Positions 20,982 through 31,708 of a DNA stretch of 64,000 bases are shown piece after piece. Source of the stretch: Mayamaea pseudoterrestris (lineage: Eukaryota); contig BROI01000005.1 in the NCBI GenBank assembly GCA_027923505.1, positions 248,001-312,000 on the forward strand. Direction: 5' to 3'. The position numbers were made by a program, and so were the translations under genes. Positions within the stretch are counted from its first letter, which is position 1. Each line of letters starts with the position of its first letter. Under the pieces are notes generated by a model. The model searched no databases. It was not told the origin of the DNA and saw nothing but the letters and a program-made list of their open reading frames with translations.

Positions 20982-23159
20982 ATGTTTGTCATGGAGCAAG
21001 TCTTTCGACGCAACCTGTGGCGACAGTCGCATCAGCATCAGCACGTTCGTCGGAGTCCCCTACAGAATTCCATGCGACAAGCCCAGCGACGCCAACTGTT
21101 GAGCTCGCCATCGCAGTGGCTCATGCTGGGGTCAGTGGTGACGCTGATCGTATTGGTGGCAGTCTATCTGCACCAAGGGTTTGGCACTACTGGAGAGTCG
21201 TCAACGTTACGAACCTCGGCATGGAATTGGAACTGGAACTGCGCGAATAACTTTCGACGCGCGGCAATGCACTCGCCGCCGCGAGCGTCTTCCTCCGATC
21301 CAATGCTTCATACGCGATCCTCTCGATCCGTCACTCAGGAAATGATGCTTGCCGTGGCGGAAGCAACGATGGATGATGACGACGACAAAGACAAGGTGCA
21401 TGAGAATCGCGACAGCAAGCGGAACCGTGACAACGCGCCTCAAACGAATCCAACCTTTTACGGATGGACGCCCGACGCCTATCCGAATCCCTTGCTCGAT
21501 CCAGTCCGATGCGCCATTTCTGGCTTGATTGATCCGAGACCAGTGCTGGATCCCTACAATACAAACGTGACGCGTAGTGCAATCACGGAAAAGAATCAGC
21601 ATCAACCACTCTATTTATGCGACCCCGACTGGGTTTTGGGTGGCATGGTGCTGCAAGACTTGCAGCAACTGCTGCGCAACTTTACAGCCACCTACGAAAC
21701 TCCCTTGGCAATGCCGCCGCTCATGGCTCCCCCACCAGCCTTTGCGACACCGTCCAGCATGACCAAGTATCATGTTCGAGAAAAGTCGCACGCAAATACA
21801 GCAATGAAGCAGAACCAGCAACAATCATTATCATCAACTCGAACGGTTCACATTGCCGTGGCAACGGTCCGCAAGATGAATCTGGCAGCCGTTCTGCGGA
21901 GTGGATCGTACTTTTCGTACGAGGATGAGAACGAAATGGTCAACGACGCGGCGCAAATTTTTGCGCGCAGCCTCTTTGACGCGTGGTTCTCTGGTCCGGC
22001 GGCAAATGTGCAAGTGTCAGGTAGCAGTGACGGCCATGACAGTAGTGACGAGGAGGAGGGTGACGATGATCATGACGACGACGAGAACAGCCATGACGAA
22101 GACGAGCTGCCAGATATTCCGTCAAGCTACATATTGATTTTCCTCAGTATTCAGGATCGCGTTTGCTTCATCACCACTGGCATGGAACTCAGCTACGTCT
22201 TGCCATGGTGGAGACTTGACCATGTGGTTGCCGCCATGAAGCCTGCGTTGAGTCAGTCCGAGTTTGGACCGGCGATTGCCACGGGCATGCAACTGTTGAC
22301 AGCCTTGCTGCAGGCAGGTCCGCCGACGTGGACGGATCGGTGCCACGATTTCATGGCTCGCTTTGGAGTGGTGATTGCCTTTGCCATTTTCACCTTTGTG
22401 TTTGGAGCGTGGGGTGAATATCGCGATAGACGGAAGCGGTGGCAGTATGCGGAGCAGCGGAGCAAGCTCAGTGGCGTTGACCGCGACAAGGCGCGGCAGC
22501 TGCAAAAGGAATACCATAGTCGCGTATGTCCGATTTGCTTGGAGTGCTTTGACTATGGTGACTCTCTTGGAAAAGACGGCAACGAAAAAGCTTTGCAAGA
22601 TCTCGATTCGTCGGTCGAAGAATGCTTGAAAACACCTGTTACCAAGAACTTGAAGCGCGTCGACTCGTTCGGAATCCCGCTCAAGGGAGCTGATGGCAAG
22701 AAGATCAAGCTGTTGCGATGCGGCCATTTGTTTTGTGAGACGTGTTGGAGCCAGTGGGTACACAGCGGTTGCGGCAACCCTTGTAATTGTCCGGTGTGTC
22801 GACAGGATGTTGGACGAGCTCCCAAGAAACGAAGAAGCCGCGAGGATGCCATAAATGACGAGGAAGTACTTTCGTCCACAGCAGAACAATCCTCATTGTC
22901 GTCGGCGGAGCAAAATGCTCATGGTACACGCTTAACGCATCCGACGTACGGTGCTGTGCATCAAAGCAGAACGTCATTCGGTAGCTTTGCCGCCTTCTCG
23001 TCATCTCCAAGCGCGCTACTGGCGACTCTACGAGGCCATCACATGCAAAATGCTCTTGGTGAGGCATCACCGTTGTCGGGTCGTTCAGGTGATCTTAGTG
23101 AAGTTGCGATGAATAGCGGATGCTGCGTTCCTGCTCTAGGTGGTCGAATGAGTCTTTGA
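20982..23159 (+). CDS. Membrane protein with TPM (TLP18.3/Psb32/MOLO-1)-like domain, TM helix and C-terminal RING finger
   Basis: WTPDAYPNP..C..LCDPDWVL, FARSLFDAW, ILIFLSIQDRVCFITTG and MKPAL are TPM/MOLO-1-like. TM FGVVIAFAIFTFVFGAW; CPICLE...CGHLFCETC..CPVCR. Confidence 0.8.
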   Translation: MFVMEQVFRRNLWRQSHQHQHVRRSPLQNSMRQAQRRQLLSSPSQWLMLGSVVTLIVLVAVYLHQGFGTTGESSTLRTSAWNWNWNCANNFRRAAMHSPPRASSSDPMLHTRSSRSVTQEMMLAVAEATMDDDDDKDKVHENRDSKRNRDNAPQTNPTFYGWTPDAYPNPLLDPVRCAISGLIDPRPVLDPYNTNVTRSAITEKNQHQPLYLCDPDWVLGGMVLQDLQQLLRNFTATYETPLAMPPLMAPPPAFATPSSMTKYHVREKSHANTAMKQNQQQSLSSTRTVHIAVATVRKMNLAAVLRSGSYFSYEDENEMVNDAAQIFARSLFDAWFSGPAANVQVSGSSDGHDSSDEEEGDDDHDDDENSHDEDELPDIPSSYILIFLSIQDRVCFITTGMELSYVLPWWRLDHVVAAMKPALSQSEFGPAIATGMQLLTALLQAGPPTWTDRCHDFMARFGVVIAFAIFTFVFGAWGEYRDRRKRWQYAEQRSKLSGVDRDKARQLQKEYHSRVCPICLECFDYGDSLGKDGNEKALQDLDSSVEECLKTPVTKNLKRVDSFGIPLKGADGKKIKLLRCGHLFCETCWSQWVHSGCGNPCNCPVCRQDVGRAPKKRRSREDAINDEEVLSSTAEQSSLSSAEQNAHGTRLTHPTYGAVHQSRTSFGSFAAFSSSPSALLATLRGHHMQNALGEASPLSGRSGDLSEVAMNSGCCVPALGGRMSL

Positions 23160-23976
23160 TTCTTTGCTGATGAAGATCAATGTCGATTATGACATGTCAG
23201 CGCTTACCTGTCCGGTGTGAACGCTAGTCGAGCAACACTCATAGTGGCGGTGTTTGGGCGGCTCTAGCGCATGAGAATTTACGATCATTTAAGGAAAAGC
23301 GGTCAGTACTTGTACTATTCACCGCGCAAGTGACAACAATGATTTGAATGCGAGCGAACAAGCCGGATAGTTTGACAGCAAAACAAGTAACAACTCGCGC
23401 TGTCCAGAAACCCAGCCCTTGCTGCCTGTGCTGCTGCGCCAGAGACAGCCCTGCCAGTCCTGGTATTGAGGGAAGTGGGAAGGATACACATACTTGAAAG
23501 CAATCTACGTAACGCAGCGTTTGTTTACATCATTTCTATTAAGAATCTGTTGTTGGCATTTTGGCACATATTATTCGTTTGGTAGCTACCGGTACTCGTG
23601 TCGTAGCGACAGCTCCAAGTGCCGTAACCTGTGCCCGGCTGGCGCGGAGCGTGACAAAAATTCGATTCAAAGTTTCCGTTCATGTGTGAAAGTCTTTGTC
23701 GCTCATTCGTTCCAATCGCCCAAATTCAATCGTTTCAAAGAACGTACGCGACAATCTTCCGAGGCCGTCCATCCATCAAGGAATCGCTGCTTTGCCATGA
23801 TGATGGCGACGAGTAACTCTGACGTTCTCCAATTTGCAATTTGATTTTTAATCCCTGTTGACCTCCAGCACCTCAGCACCTTGCAAGCATATCAAGTCTC
23901 CTGCCTCCGATCTATTTCCAGTGAAGTCACATCTACAGACATTCTTTGCTTGTTGCTCGACGAAAATTCCATCACC

Positions 23977-25302
23977 ATGAAGAATATAATCGGATTAATG
24001 CTCACCCTCTGGATTATAAGATCCCAATCCTTCGCATCCGCCGCATCCCGAGTCTCCTACCGAAAGGACGACACTCAAAGACGCTCACTACAGGACAACA
24101 AGAATGACAAGAAGCCTGCCGACACGAACAAGGCGCCTCCACCTCCTCCAGCATTGACCGTCAACGAAACAAGATCATCCAATTCATCATCGCTAGGATT
24201 CTCCATTGAATCAAACAATGCGCAGTCGACTTTATCGGCCGTTTGCTCCACCACGTACTCCACGTCGTCGACATCGCAGACTGCACCACTCTCCCAGCAA
24301 ACCTTTGAGTTTCAGTACTACATGTACACCAACGCCAACAAGTTACGTAAGATTGCCGAAATGGATCAGCGCTACCTGACGCCACTGGCACGCAGCGTGC
24401 TGGAATGCTCGCCCAAAAAGAATGACTACGACTTTGTCGTGCAGGGCATTGTGGCGCAGGTGCACAATGGAACAGACGCAGCCACCGATTGCGCCAGTCT
24501 GGCGGACGGCACCAAGTGCATTTTGGCGGTTGGCAGTTTCGAGGCATTGATCAAAAAGGCTATCGACAGTAGTGACAATAGCAATGGCCGCCACTTGACG
24601 GATCAAGACTTGTCGGATCCAGACTTGATCATTGCATTCGGTGGAGTGCTCGGAACGTTGTTTGCTGGCACGGAGCTGCTGGATGACGAAATAAAGTCAC
24701 TGGCGTTTGACGGCTTCATCAACGGCTTTTCTCCGGGGCGCAGCAGTAGCGGCATGGAGTCGTACCCTGGCATTGACGGTGGTGGTGGCATTGACACTAC
24801 CAATAGTACCGTGGAAGCAACAAAATCCAACAATTTGCTGCTACCCATTGTAGCCTCTGCCGTGGCATTGGCCGTGGCAGTCACTCTCATTGTCTTGGTA
24901 GTGTTGCAGAGACGCAAGCGTCGCACGGCGGCGGAAGGTTTCCACAACTTGGATTGCGGCAGCAGCTGGGGCGAGTACGACGAGCCGACCAAGCCAAGTG
25001 ACGCGAGTTGCAGCGTACCGCCGGAGCAGTCACTTGGTAATCGTCAAACGAATTTGAAACAGTTGGAAGCCTCCATTGAGCCTGAATTTGACTTTGACGT
25101 GAACACTGTCAATCACGTGCTTGGTTTCGCCGGTCGCGAGGACGAATTACCAAGTGACGAAGAGCAAGAACGGAGCTCACATTTGGAACTACCATCCTAC
25201 CTTAAAATAATGCAACGTAATAAATCGCCGCCGCCAATGTACGATGCGTCCGACCTTTACAGTACGAGGAGCGACCTCACGCCAAACACCGTTGACCTTT
25301 AG
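23977..25302 (+). CDS. Type I single-pass membrane protein with signal peptide and RxL motifs
   Basis: MKNIIGLMLTLWII..FASA signal; RRSLQ and GRHL motifs; Ser/Thr-rich segment; TM LLLPIVASAVALAVAVTLIVLVVL followed by RRKRR. Confidence 0.8.
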   Translation: MKNIIGLMLTLWIIRSQSFASAASRVSYRKDDTQRRSLQDNKNDKKPADTNKAPPPPPALTVNETRSSNSSSLGFSIESNNAQSTLSAVCSTTYSTSSTSQTAPLSQQTFEFQYYMYTNANKLRKIAEMDQRYLTPLARSVLECSPKKNDYDFVVQGIVAQVHNGTDAATDCASLADGTKCILAVGSFEALIKKAIDSSDNSNGRHLTDQDLSDPDLIIAFGGVLGTLFAGTELLDDEIKSLAFDGFINGFSPGRSSSGMESYPGIDGGGGIDTTNSTVEATKSNNLLLPIVASAVALAVAVTLIVLVVLQRRKRRTAAEGFHNLDCGSSWGEYDEPTKPSDASCSVPPEQSLGNRQTNLKQLEASIEPEFDFDVNTVNHVLGFAGREDELPSDEEQERSSHLELPSYLKIMQRNKSPPPMYDASDLYSTRSDLTPNTVDL

Positions 25303-25698
25303 AGCACAATCAGATAGATGCCTTCCGGTATGTCATTACTTAAATTAGACGTGTTCATAAGCTGCAGTCCAGTGTTTTATTCATTCGTTTATGCAAAAAT
25401 ATGAACTCTTTTCGATGGGCAAATAGCATCGCACACTGAGACAAGCACCGTGCAACATGTATATGTTTCATGCACTCGAAACCACTGCGCCCTTCCACTA
25501 TGCTATTCTATTTTTAATTGCTTAAATGCTTGATGGTCCATTGCTTTGTTAGCGCTTGCAATTCCATAGGCATCACCGCCACGAGTTCGACATGACTGAA
25601 CTGTTCGGCTTTGCCCTACGCGATTGTAATCACAATCTGAACATAACTAAAACATCATAACGTATATAAAGCAGTGGCTATTAGCAGCGACTATCATT

Positions 25699-26767
25699 TC
25701 ACCTACTTCGTCCAGTCATTTCGTGAAAGAACGAATGTTCGAGCGCTTGCTGCGCCGTAATTCTCCGCGCCGGATCGTACTGCAGCATGCGAGACAGCAA
25801 ATCAATTCCAGACTCGTCTAGTGACGGAACTAAACTTGCAAAACCGCCCTTTGGCTTGGGATATGGGGGCATGTCAGGCGAATAGTCTGGCAAGTCGACA
25901 ATGCCAGGATAGTCGGCAAGCGTAGGTGTGCCGAGCAAGCGAAAGATGCGATCAAGTTGGTCCGATTCTGATGTGCCGGCAAACAATGGTCGTCCGTTGG
26001 CCATTTCGGCGTAAATGCATCCTGTTCAAAGCAATAACATGGCATGGAGTGAGAGATGCCGCTCGCAATCTTAACCAACTCTTCTTCAATATGTTGACGC
26101 ACCAACCGACCAGATATCCACTGGTGTAGAGTACTTTCGGCTACCCATTAACACATCCGGAGCTCGATACCATAATGTAACGACTTCATGAGTGTAGGAC
26201 CGCACTGGAATACCAAAGGCCCGAGCTAATCCAAAGTCGGCCAGTTTCAATTGTCCCTCCCGGTTAATGAGTAGATTCGGCGGCTGGTCGCGATGACGAG
26301 AAATGAATTACAGTGAGAAACTATCTCCATGACAATGCATTGCTTCCGACTAGATTCGCACCAGATATTCGCAATGTACTCACCTTTAAATCTCGATGCA
26401 AGACTCTATGATGATGACAGTATGCAACGCCGGTCAGCAGTTGGTATAGAAAGCTCTTTAATATCGGCATGTCCAACCCGGCATCGCATATGTCAAGATA
26501 TTTTTTCAAATCTTGATCCAAAAACTCAAACACAAGCGTCAATTTCCGTTCCGTATGCACCACATCGTATAGTCGAACAATATTGGGATGCTGCAACTCT
26601 TTCAACAAAGATATTTCGCGAATGGCCGTGGATGGAATCCCTTCGTCTTCGGCTTCCAAGCGAATCTTTTTGAGCGCCACAATTTCCCCCGTGACGCGGT
26701 CCTTGCTCTTGTAGACGACGCCGTAGGTGCCTTCGCCAATCTTTTCCATCTTTTGGTAGCGCTCCAT
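25699..26767 (-). CDS. CDKA: Cyclin-dependent kinase, PSTAIRE type (CDKA/CDK1-2); introns 26284..26383 and 26022..26102; 295 aa
   Basis: [74 protein letters not shown]. Exons of 384+181+323 nt total 888 nt in frame. Confidence 0.96.
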
Positions 26768-27290
26768 ATTAATACGTGTTTAACCCGTTTTCGAGCAAAC
26801 AAAGAAAGAACGTGACTGGGGTGGAAGCGACTTGGCGATTCGAATTTATTCCGAGGCTCAATCGATGACGTGTCCTTTCGCTTACTTCAAACCGTTTGGA
26901 GCGATAGCTGAAAGTCAAGAGCTGGATGGCAATTAACAGAGTCCTGCAAAATGTTTTATCAAAGCTGAATGATACTTGTTTATCTTCGATCGAGCAACGA
27001 TGGAGATGGATTGTGGGCTCGTGCGTTGTGTGAGGCCAAAAACGGTCGGAAACGGATGTCGCTCTGTTTTTGCCGAATACCGCTGCGATTGCAAGTTCAG
27101 CTACTGTATCTGTATCAGTAACGGTATGAGCATCAACTTGGCTGCATTCCAAACCTTTACTAAACGAGTCTCTCTGACAAATTTAGCATGTAACGAAAAA
27201 AGACATTTTCAAAGTCTACATTAGTTTAAGGTGGGCACTTGCGTTGTCTTCGCTTTTATCAAAGATACTTAACTTTCGTCTACCGGTATT

Positions 27291-30200
27291 CTATCGCTTT
27301 AAAGTTCTTTGCTTTTCCGCGGCCAGCACTGTTCTAGCCTGATCAATCCGAAGTCCCTTTCGACGTCGGACCTGGCGAATGTATTTCAAGGCTGGATTGT
27401 CGAGTCCAGTGGAGCTATCTCCGGCAGAAACTAGTTCGCCAAAGTCCTCCCTCTCTTCCTCCGTGGTTGGAATCCAGAATGGGTCCACATCTAGTCGCTC
27501 CCAGTGACTAAAGTTCATTTCGGGCGCAGTCACTTCACCGCTCGTTTTGCCAAACACTTCTGGCGCCAAGCCGAACGCTTCCGCTTGCGGAATGCTCGCT
27601 TCGATCAAAATCAGGTCAGTTCCGTCAACCATTGACTCCTCCAGTACCTTGCCGCGACGCTTGTGTAGCACGGGATACAACGATCCCAAGGCGGAGAGGG
27701 ATGCATGCAGTGTCAGTTTCAAATGACCTTCCATCAACCGCGCGGGTCTTGTCAGCAACGAACAGCGAATTCCCGTCCCGAGAGCGCCAACGATCATGCC
27801 ACCAGAAATTGGCTTTGCAGTTGTCCAGGAGCCGTCATCCTTCTTCTGGACAGCAAACTCAACGCCTTCCACAATGACCAGTACATTGCGGACGGGCTCC
27901 TCGCAGATGGGACCTGAACGAAGGGCATTCTGGAAGCCAGCATACAAAGAGCCCTTCAGCTCCTCGTTCCAAACTTGTCGAGCAGCTTTGTCCAAATCTG
28001 TAGACTCGTTATTTTGGCTCTCCACTCCATTTCTGAAGCCTGCATCTTTTATTTTGGACTGAAGCTCAAGGTACGCACGATTCTCAGCTTCGAAATTGTT
28101 ATCGCCATTACACTTGGCAGCATGGACTGGATCATAAACTTCTCCGTGACTTGAAACAACGCCTTGAACGCACAAGCCGTGGCGGACAGCCGGTGTGTCC
28201 ACCAGCAGATTGTCCCCGTGCGTCAGTGCACACGTACATTGCGCCAAGGCTTCGAGGACCGCTTCCGGGCTAGCTTCTTGGCCCGGATTGACCAGTCCAA
28301 TGGCTTTGCCAATCTCAACAAATTCTTCTTCGCTCCCTTCAATAACACGGCGAGCTTTGATAGACTCACACACCGAGGAAACCAGCGGTATGGTTCGAAT
28401 ACTAACCGCAGCTGCTCTTCCAGGTAACAAAGAGCGCATGCGACCATTCTTGGCGTACTCCAAGTCTGCTTCCTCGTTATATGGAGGTATAAGAGTTTGG
28501 CGTAAAGGAGGCGCCTTGCTGTCAAAGAACGCTCGAAAGTCCAGCTCATGCTCAAACCAATCAGTTGTCTCGCCAAAGTCAACGATAGGATCCGACACTC
28601 GGAGATCCATTTCGCGACCGCAATAGATAGTTCTGAGGTCCAGAAGAGACTGTTCTAAATGCAACTCGCCTAAGCATGCGAGTATTCGTTCACCCTTTGC
28701 AGAGACTGTCACTTCCACCGATGCGTCCGCTAGTCCAAGCTTTGCCAAGCCACGCTCTAAATCATTTGTATCTGCGGCATCCTTTGCTTCCACGTTGACC
28801 TTGACCAAGGGACGAAGCCTATTGTCAAATCCTTGCAAGGGCATGCCATGTGGTGAGTCGCAGAGTGTCACAGTCTTAAAATAAACGTCGTCTAGATTGG
28901 CAATCGCGCACAAATGACCTGCTGGTACTTCATCTACCAAAACAAACGATGATCCCATGAGTAGGTAGCAACGAATGGTGCGTTTCGGTGGTGGAGGACT
29001 ATCAGTTGTGTGTTTCGGTCCGAGAAGGTGATATGCAGAACCCGTCGTTAGCCGGCCACTCAAGACTCTTGCCATACCCAAAATGACACTATTCGATCCA
29101 TCGCTTGTTTCGAGATTTGGGTCTCGAATGTTAGATCTGTCGGCCGCCATGAATTTGCAAACGTGAGCAACACTGGGGGCATTTGCAGAGGCGTCGCATG
29201 CAGCAACTGCCTGCTGAATACGCTTCAATTCTTCACTCGCGTCTCCATTATCAGGCAATTTTAACGCCAATGCTCGAGATCGAATACTAGACGCTGCCGT
29301 AGCTGGAGAAGGAAGATACTCGCTCACAACGTCCAGCACCGTCCTTGCCAGCGGCCGAAATCGTCGCAACAACGCACGAACCACAGCCTCCTCGGACTGT
29401 GCTCCCGTCTGCTGCAGCAATGTCACTAGTTGCTCGCGCGTCGCTGGACATTCCGTACCAGTTGCTCCAATCTGTAGCGCCTGTAGCACTTGATCCATTC
29501 CAAAAGTATCCGCCGTCCATCGATTGGAACTGCTTGCAAGAGTTGCAGCTGCAACGGCAACATTTTGATAAACGTCCCAAATCGGCTGCAAGGCAAACTC
29601 GGCGAATAGCGTACCATCCTCGCCACCACCACCTTGTTTCCATTTGACAATCTTGTCTTGCTCTCGCAGTTTATAGTCGCCAAACAAGTACTGTCTCAGT
29701 AGCACCGGTTTAATGTGGATTGCTTTGCTTCGAAAGAGTGATCGCGCCAGTGACGGTATCGCAAAGGCCCAACCATGAAAGGCTGACGCAAAAATGACAT
29801 TTCCAGATGCAGGGTCAAACGTCCATAGTCGCGCGTCCTCCTCACTGACGGTAGCGCTTGTCGGTGACGGCGCTGATGCTAAACCCTGGTTCAATTCCTC
29901 CGTTTCATCATCATCATCACCATTCGTCGTTTCAGTCACATGCAACGCCGAGTTCAACATGCCAGCCGCCGCCGCATTCACCGTCTCCAGCAACTCCCGC
30001 ACCCGCAAGTAGGCTTCCATGGGCGTCAGCGACAGTTCGCAGCACAGTCGATCCATTTTATTGACAACCAACACTGGCACCAACTGATGCTCGCGCGCCT
30101 CGCGCAACAATTGGTGCGTCCGCGCGCCCATGCCTTCCACAACATCCAGCACCAACAAGGTGCCGTCGCAGGCCAGCAGCGAGGTGCTGACTTCGCGCGA

Positions 30201-30563
30201 AAAGTCGGCGTGGCCGGGACTGTCCACCAAGTGAATGATGCGGAGTTGGGGATTAAGTGTGAGTGTTGATTGCTGCTGCTGCTGCTGCACTGATGCATTT
30301 TCTGGAGTCATTGTCGTCACTTGATGTCTCAAGCCAATGGCTGACGCTCGAATGGTGATTCCTCGTCGCTGCTCCTCGGGGTCAGAGTCCAAGTAGCGTA
30401 GACTGCCTGCTAATCGTTCCGATATGAGTCCATTGTACTCAATGAGCTGATCGGCGAGAGTTGTTTTGCCATGATCAACATGCGCAGCAATAGTTACTAG
30501 ACGAGTCTGAGATGGAGGCAGAAAGATGCTGCTACTGCAGCTCTTGGATGTAGAAGATGACAT
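27291..30563 (-). CDS. EFL1: Elongation factor-like GTPase 1 (EFL1/RIA1, 60S maturation)
   Basis: AHVDHGKTTLAD, RYLDS..EQRRGIT, DSPGHADF, NKMD, GELHLE, and the RIA1-specific C-terminus DPFWIPTTEEEREDFG..RRRKGL..AEKQRTLKR. Likely start is MSSSTS at 30563. Confidence 0.92.
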   Translation of the reverse strand: MSSSTSKSCSSSIFLPPSQTRLVTIAAHVDHGKTTLADQLIEYNGLISERLAGSLRYLDSDPEEQRRGITIRASAIGLRHQVTTMTPENASVQQQQQQSTLTLNPQLRIIHLVDSPGHADFSREVSTSLLACDGTLLVLDVVEGMGARTHQLLREAREHQLVPVLVVNKMDRLCCELSLTPMEAYLRVRELLETVNAAAAGMLNSALHVTETTNGDDDDETEELNQGLASAPSPTSATVSEEDARLWTFDPASGNVIFASAFHGWAFAIPSLARSLFRSKAIHIKPVLLRQYLFGDYKLREQDKIVKWKQGGGGEDGTLFAEFALQPIWDVYQNVAVAAATLASSSNRWTADTFGMDQVLQALQIGATGTECPATREQLVTLLQQTGAQSEEAVVRALLRRFRPLARTVLDVVSEYLPSPATAASSIRSRALALKLPDNGDASEELKRIQQAVAACDASANAPSVAHVCKFMAADRSNIRDPNLETSDGSNSVILGMARVLSGRLTTGSAYHLLGPKHTTDSPPPPKRTIRCYLLMGSSFVLVDEVPAGHLCAIANLDDVYFKTVTLCDSPHGMPLQGFDNRLRPLVKVNVEAKDAADTNDLERGLAKLGLADASVEVTVSAKGERILACLGELHLEQSLLDLRTIYCGREMDLRVSDPIVDFGETTDWFEHELDFRAFFDSKAPPLRQTLIPPYNEEADLEYAKNGRMRSLLPGRAAAVSIRTIPLVSSVCESIKARRVIEGSEEEFVEIGKAIGLVNPGQEASPEAVLEALAQCTCALTHGDNLLVDTPAVRHGLCVQGVVSSHGEVYDPVHAAKCNGDNNFEAENRAYLELQSKIKDAGFRNGVESQNNESTDLDKAARQVWNEELKGSLYAGFQNALRSGPICEEPVRNVLVIVEGVEFAVQKKDDGSWTTAKPISGGMIVGALGTGIRCSLLTRPARLMEGHLKLTLHASLSALGSLYPVLHKRRGKVLEESMVDGTDLILIEASIPQAEAFGLAPEVFGKTSGEVTAPEMNFSHWERLDVDPFWIPTTEEEREDFGELVSAGDSSTGLDNPALKYIRQVRRRKGLRIDQARTVLAAEKQRTLKR

Positions 30564-30972
30564 TGTTTGGAATTGTCGAGCTTGAATACTGTCCAAAAGT
30601 TCGTTGCTCAAAATGTTGTGATGGGTGATGATTGACGAGATGCGTGGCTGGACGACTCTTGGCGAGCGTAGTAGCAGCTGCTGAAGCTTGACAAGCTCAG
30701 ACCTGAGGCAAGATTGCTTCGCGATTATAAAACTAGTGCTTGATTCCCTGTAAATGCGATTATATTTTTTACACTTGCACAGAATCAATCGTGCTCTTCC
30801 AGCATGTTCATGCGGTCGATTGGTCGTCGTCGCGAAACGCGGTAATGGTCGCAACGCTACTCGATACGACAAGATATGACGTCACTCATGTCACCGCCGC
30901 GACGGCGCGCCACCATGAGGATCCGTTTTCGAAACTCCTTGCAAGTCTTTACGCGTACTCTTTGCACTCACC

Positions 30973-31559
30973 ATGATGAACAATATATCTCGTACACTCG
31001 TTTCCAAAACGTTGGCAGCAGCAGCCTCTCGGCGCTCCGTGCTGCGAGTGACTCCTCGGTATGGCTCGTCCGATTCCATCACGGTGAGCCCTTATTCGCA
31101 TTATACTTCCATCAGAATCTTGTATACACAGCAGATCAGTCTCTCACTCTTTTGATTTATATCTCTATATATAATATGTTGACACAGTACTCAGGCGGCC
31201 AAGCCTCCGAAGGCCAAGGCGGTTTCTACGGATCAGGTGGCGCTCGCGCCCAAGTCGACGGTGTCAGTGCACCCATCGACCATCGACAATTGCTCGTGGC
31301 GCTGGCGGCTGACGTTGACAAGATTACCATGGTCATGGAGGAGATTGATCAATTGGAAGAATCGCTGAGGGAGCAGGAGAAGGGTAACGTGACGAGCAAG
31401 ACTATGGAAATTAAAAATGCCATCAAAAAGAGATTAACGTCGCCGGATGTCATTGAATCGCTCAACCGATTGGAAGTGGAGGGCCAACCGACATGGGGAC
31501 TGTCGACAAAGGAGAGGGAACTGATTATTGAAGCGAGAGAAAAGATGAATGAGAGTTAG
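30973..31559 (+). CDS. Small predicted mitochondrial protein with Gly-rich motif and coiled coil; intron 31084..31187
   Basis: Exon 1 MMNNISRTLVSKTLAAAASRRSVLRV.. (111 nt, presequence-like) splices GTGAGC..ACACAG in frame to YSGGQASEGQGGFYGSGGAR...; heptad-rich C-terminal half. Confidence 0.75.
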
Positions 31560-31708
31560 GAATGTGAATGAACTATTTGTCGGACGCAAGTATTGATTCC
31601 TGCAAGGGAAATGAACATGAATCTCGAAGTCTATTTTTCTATTGTGGATAATGCAGACAGAAGAGTTTTGTAGTGGATAATAATGAATAAAGCATAGCCT
31701 TTCCGTGC

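Noticed and set aside
30564..30872. 103-aa N-terminal extension of EFL1 in the ORF track
   Set aside because: EFL1 is cytosolic, the G1 motif follows shortly after Met 30563, and the extension overlaps the divergent promoter region.
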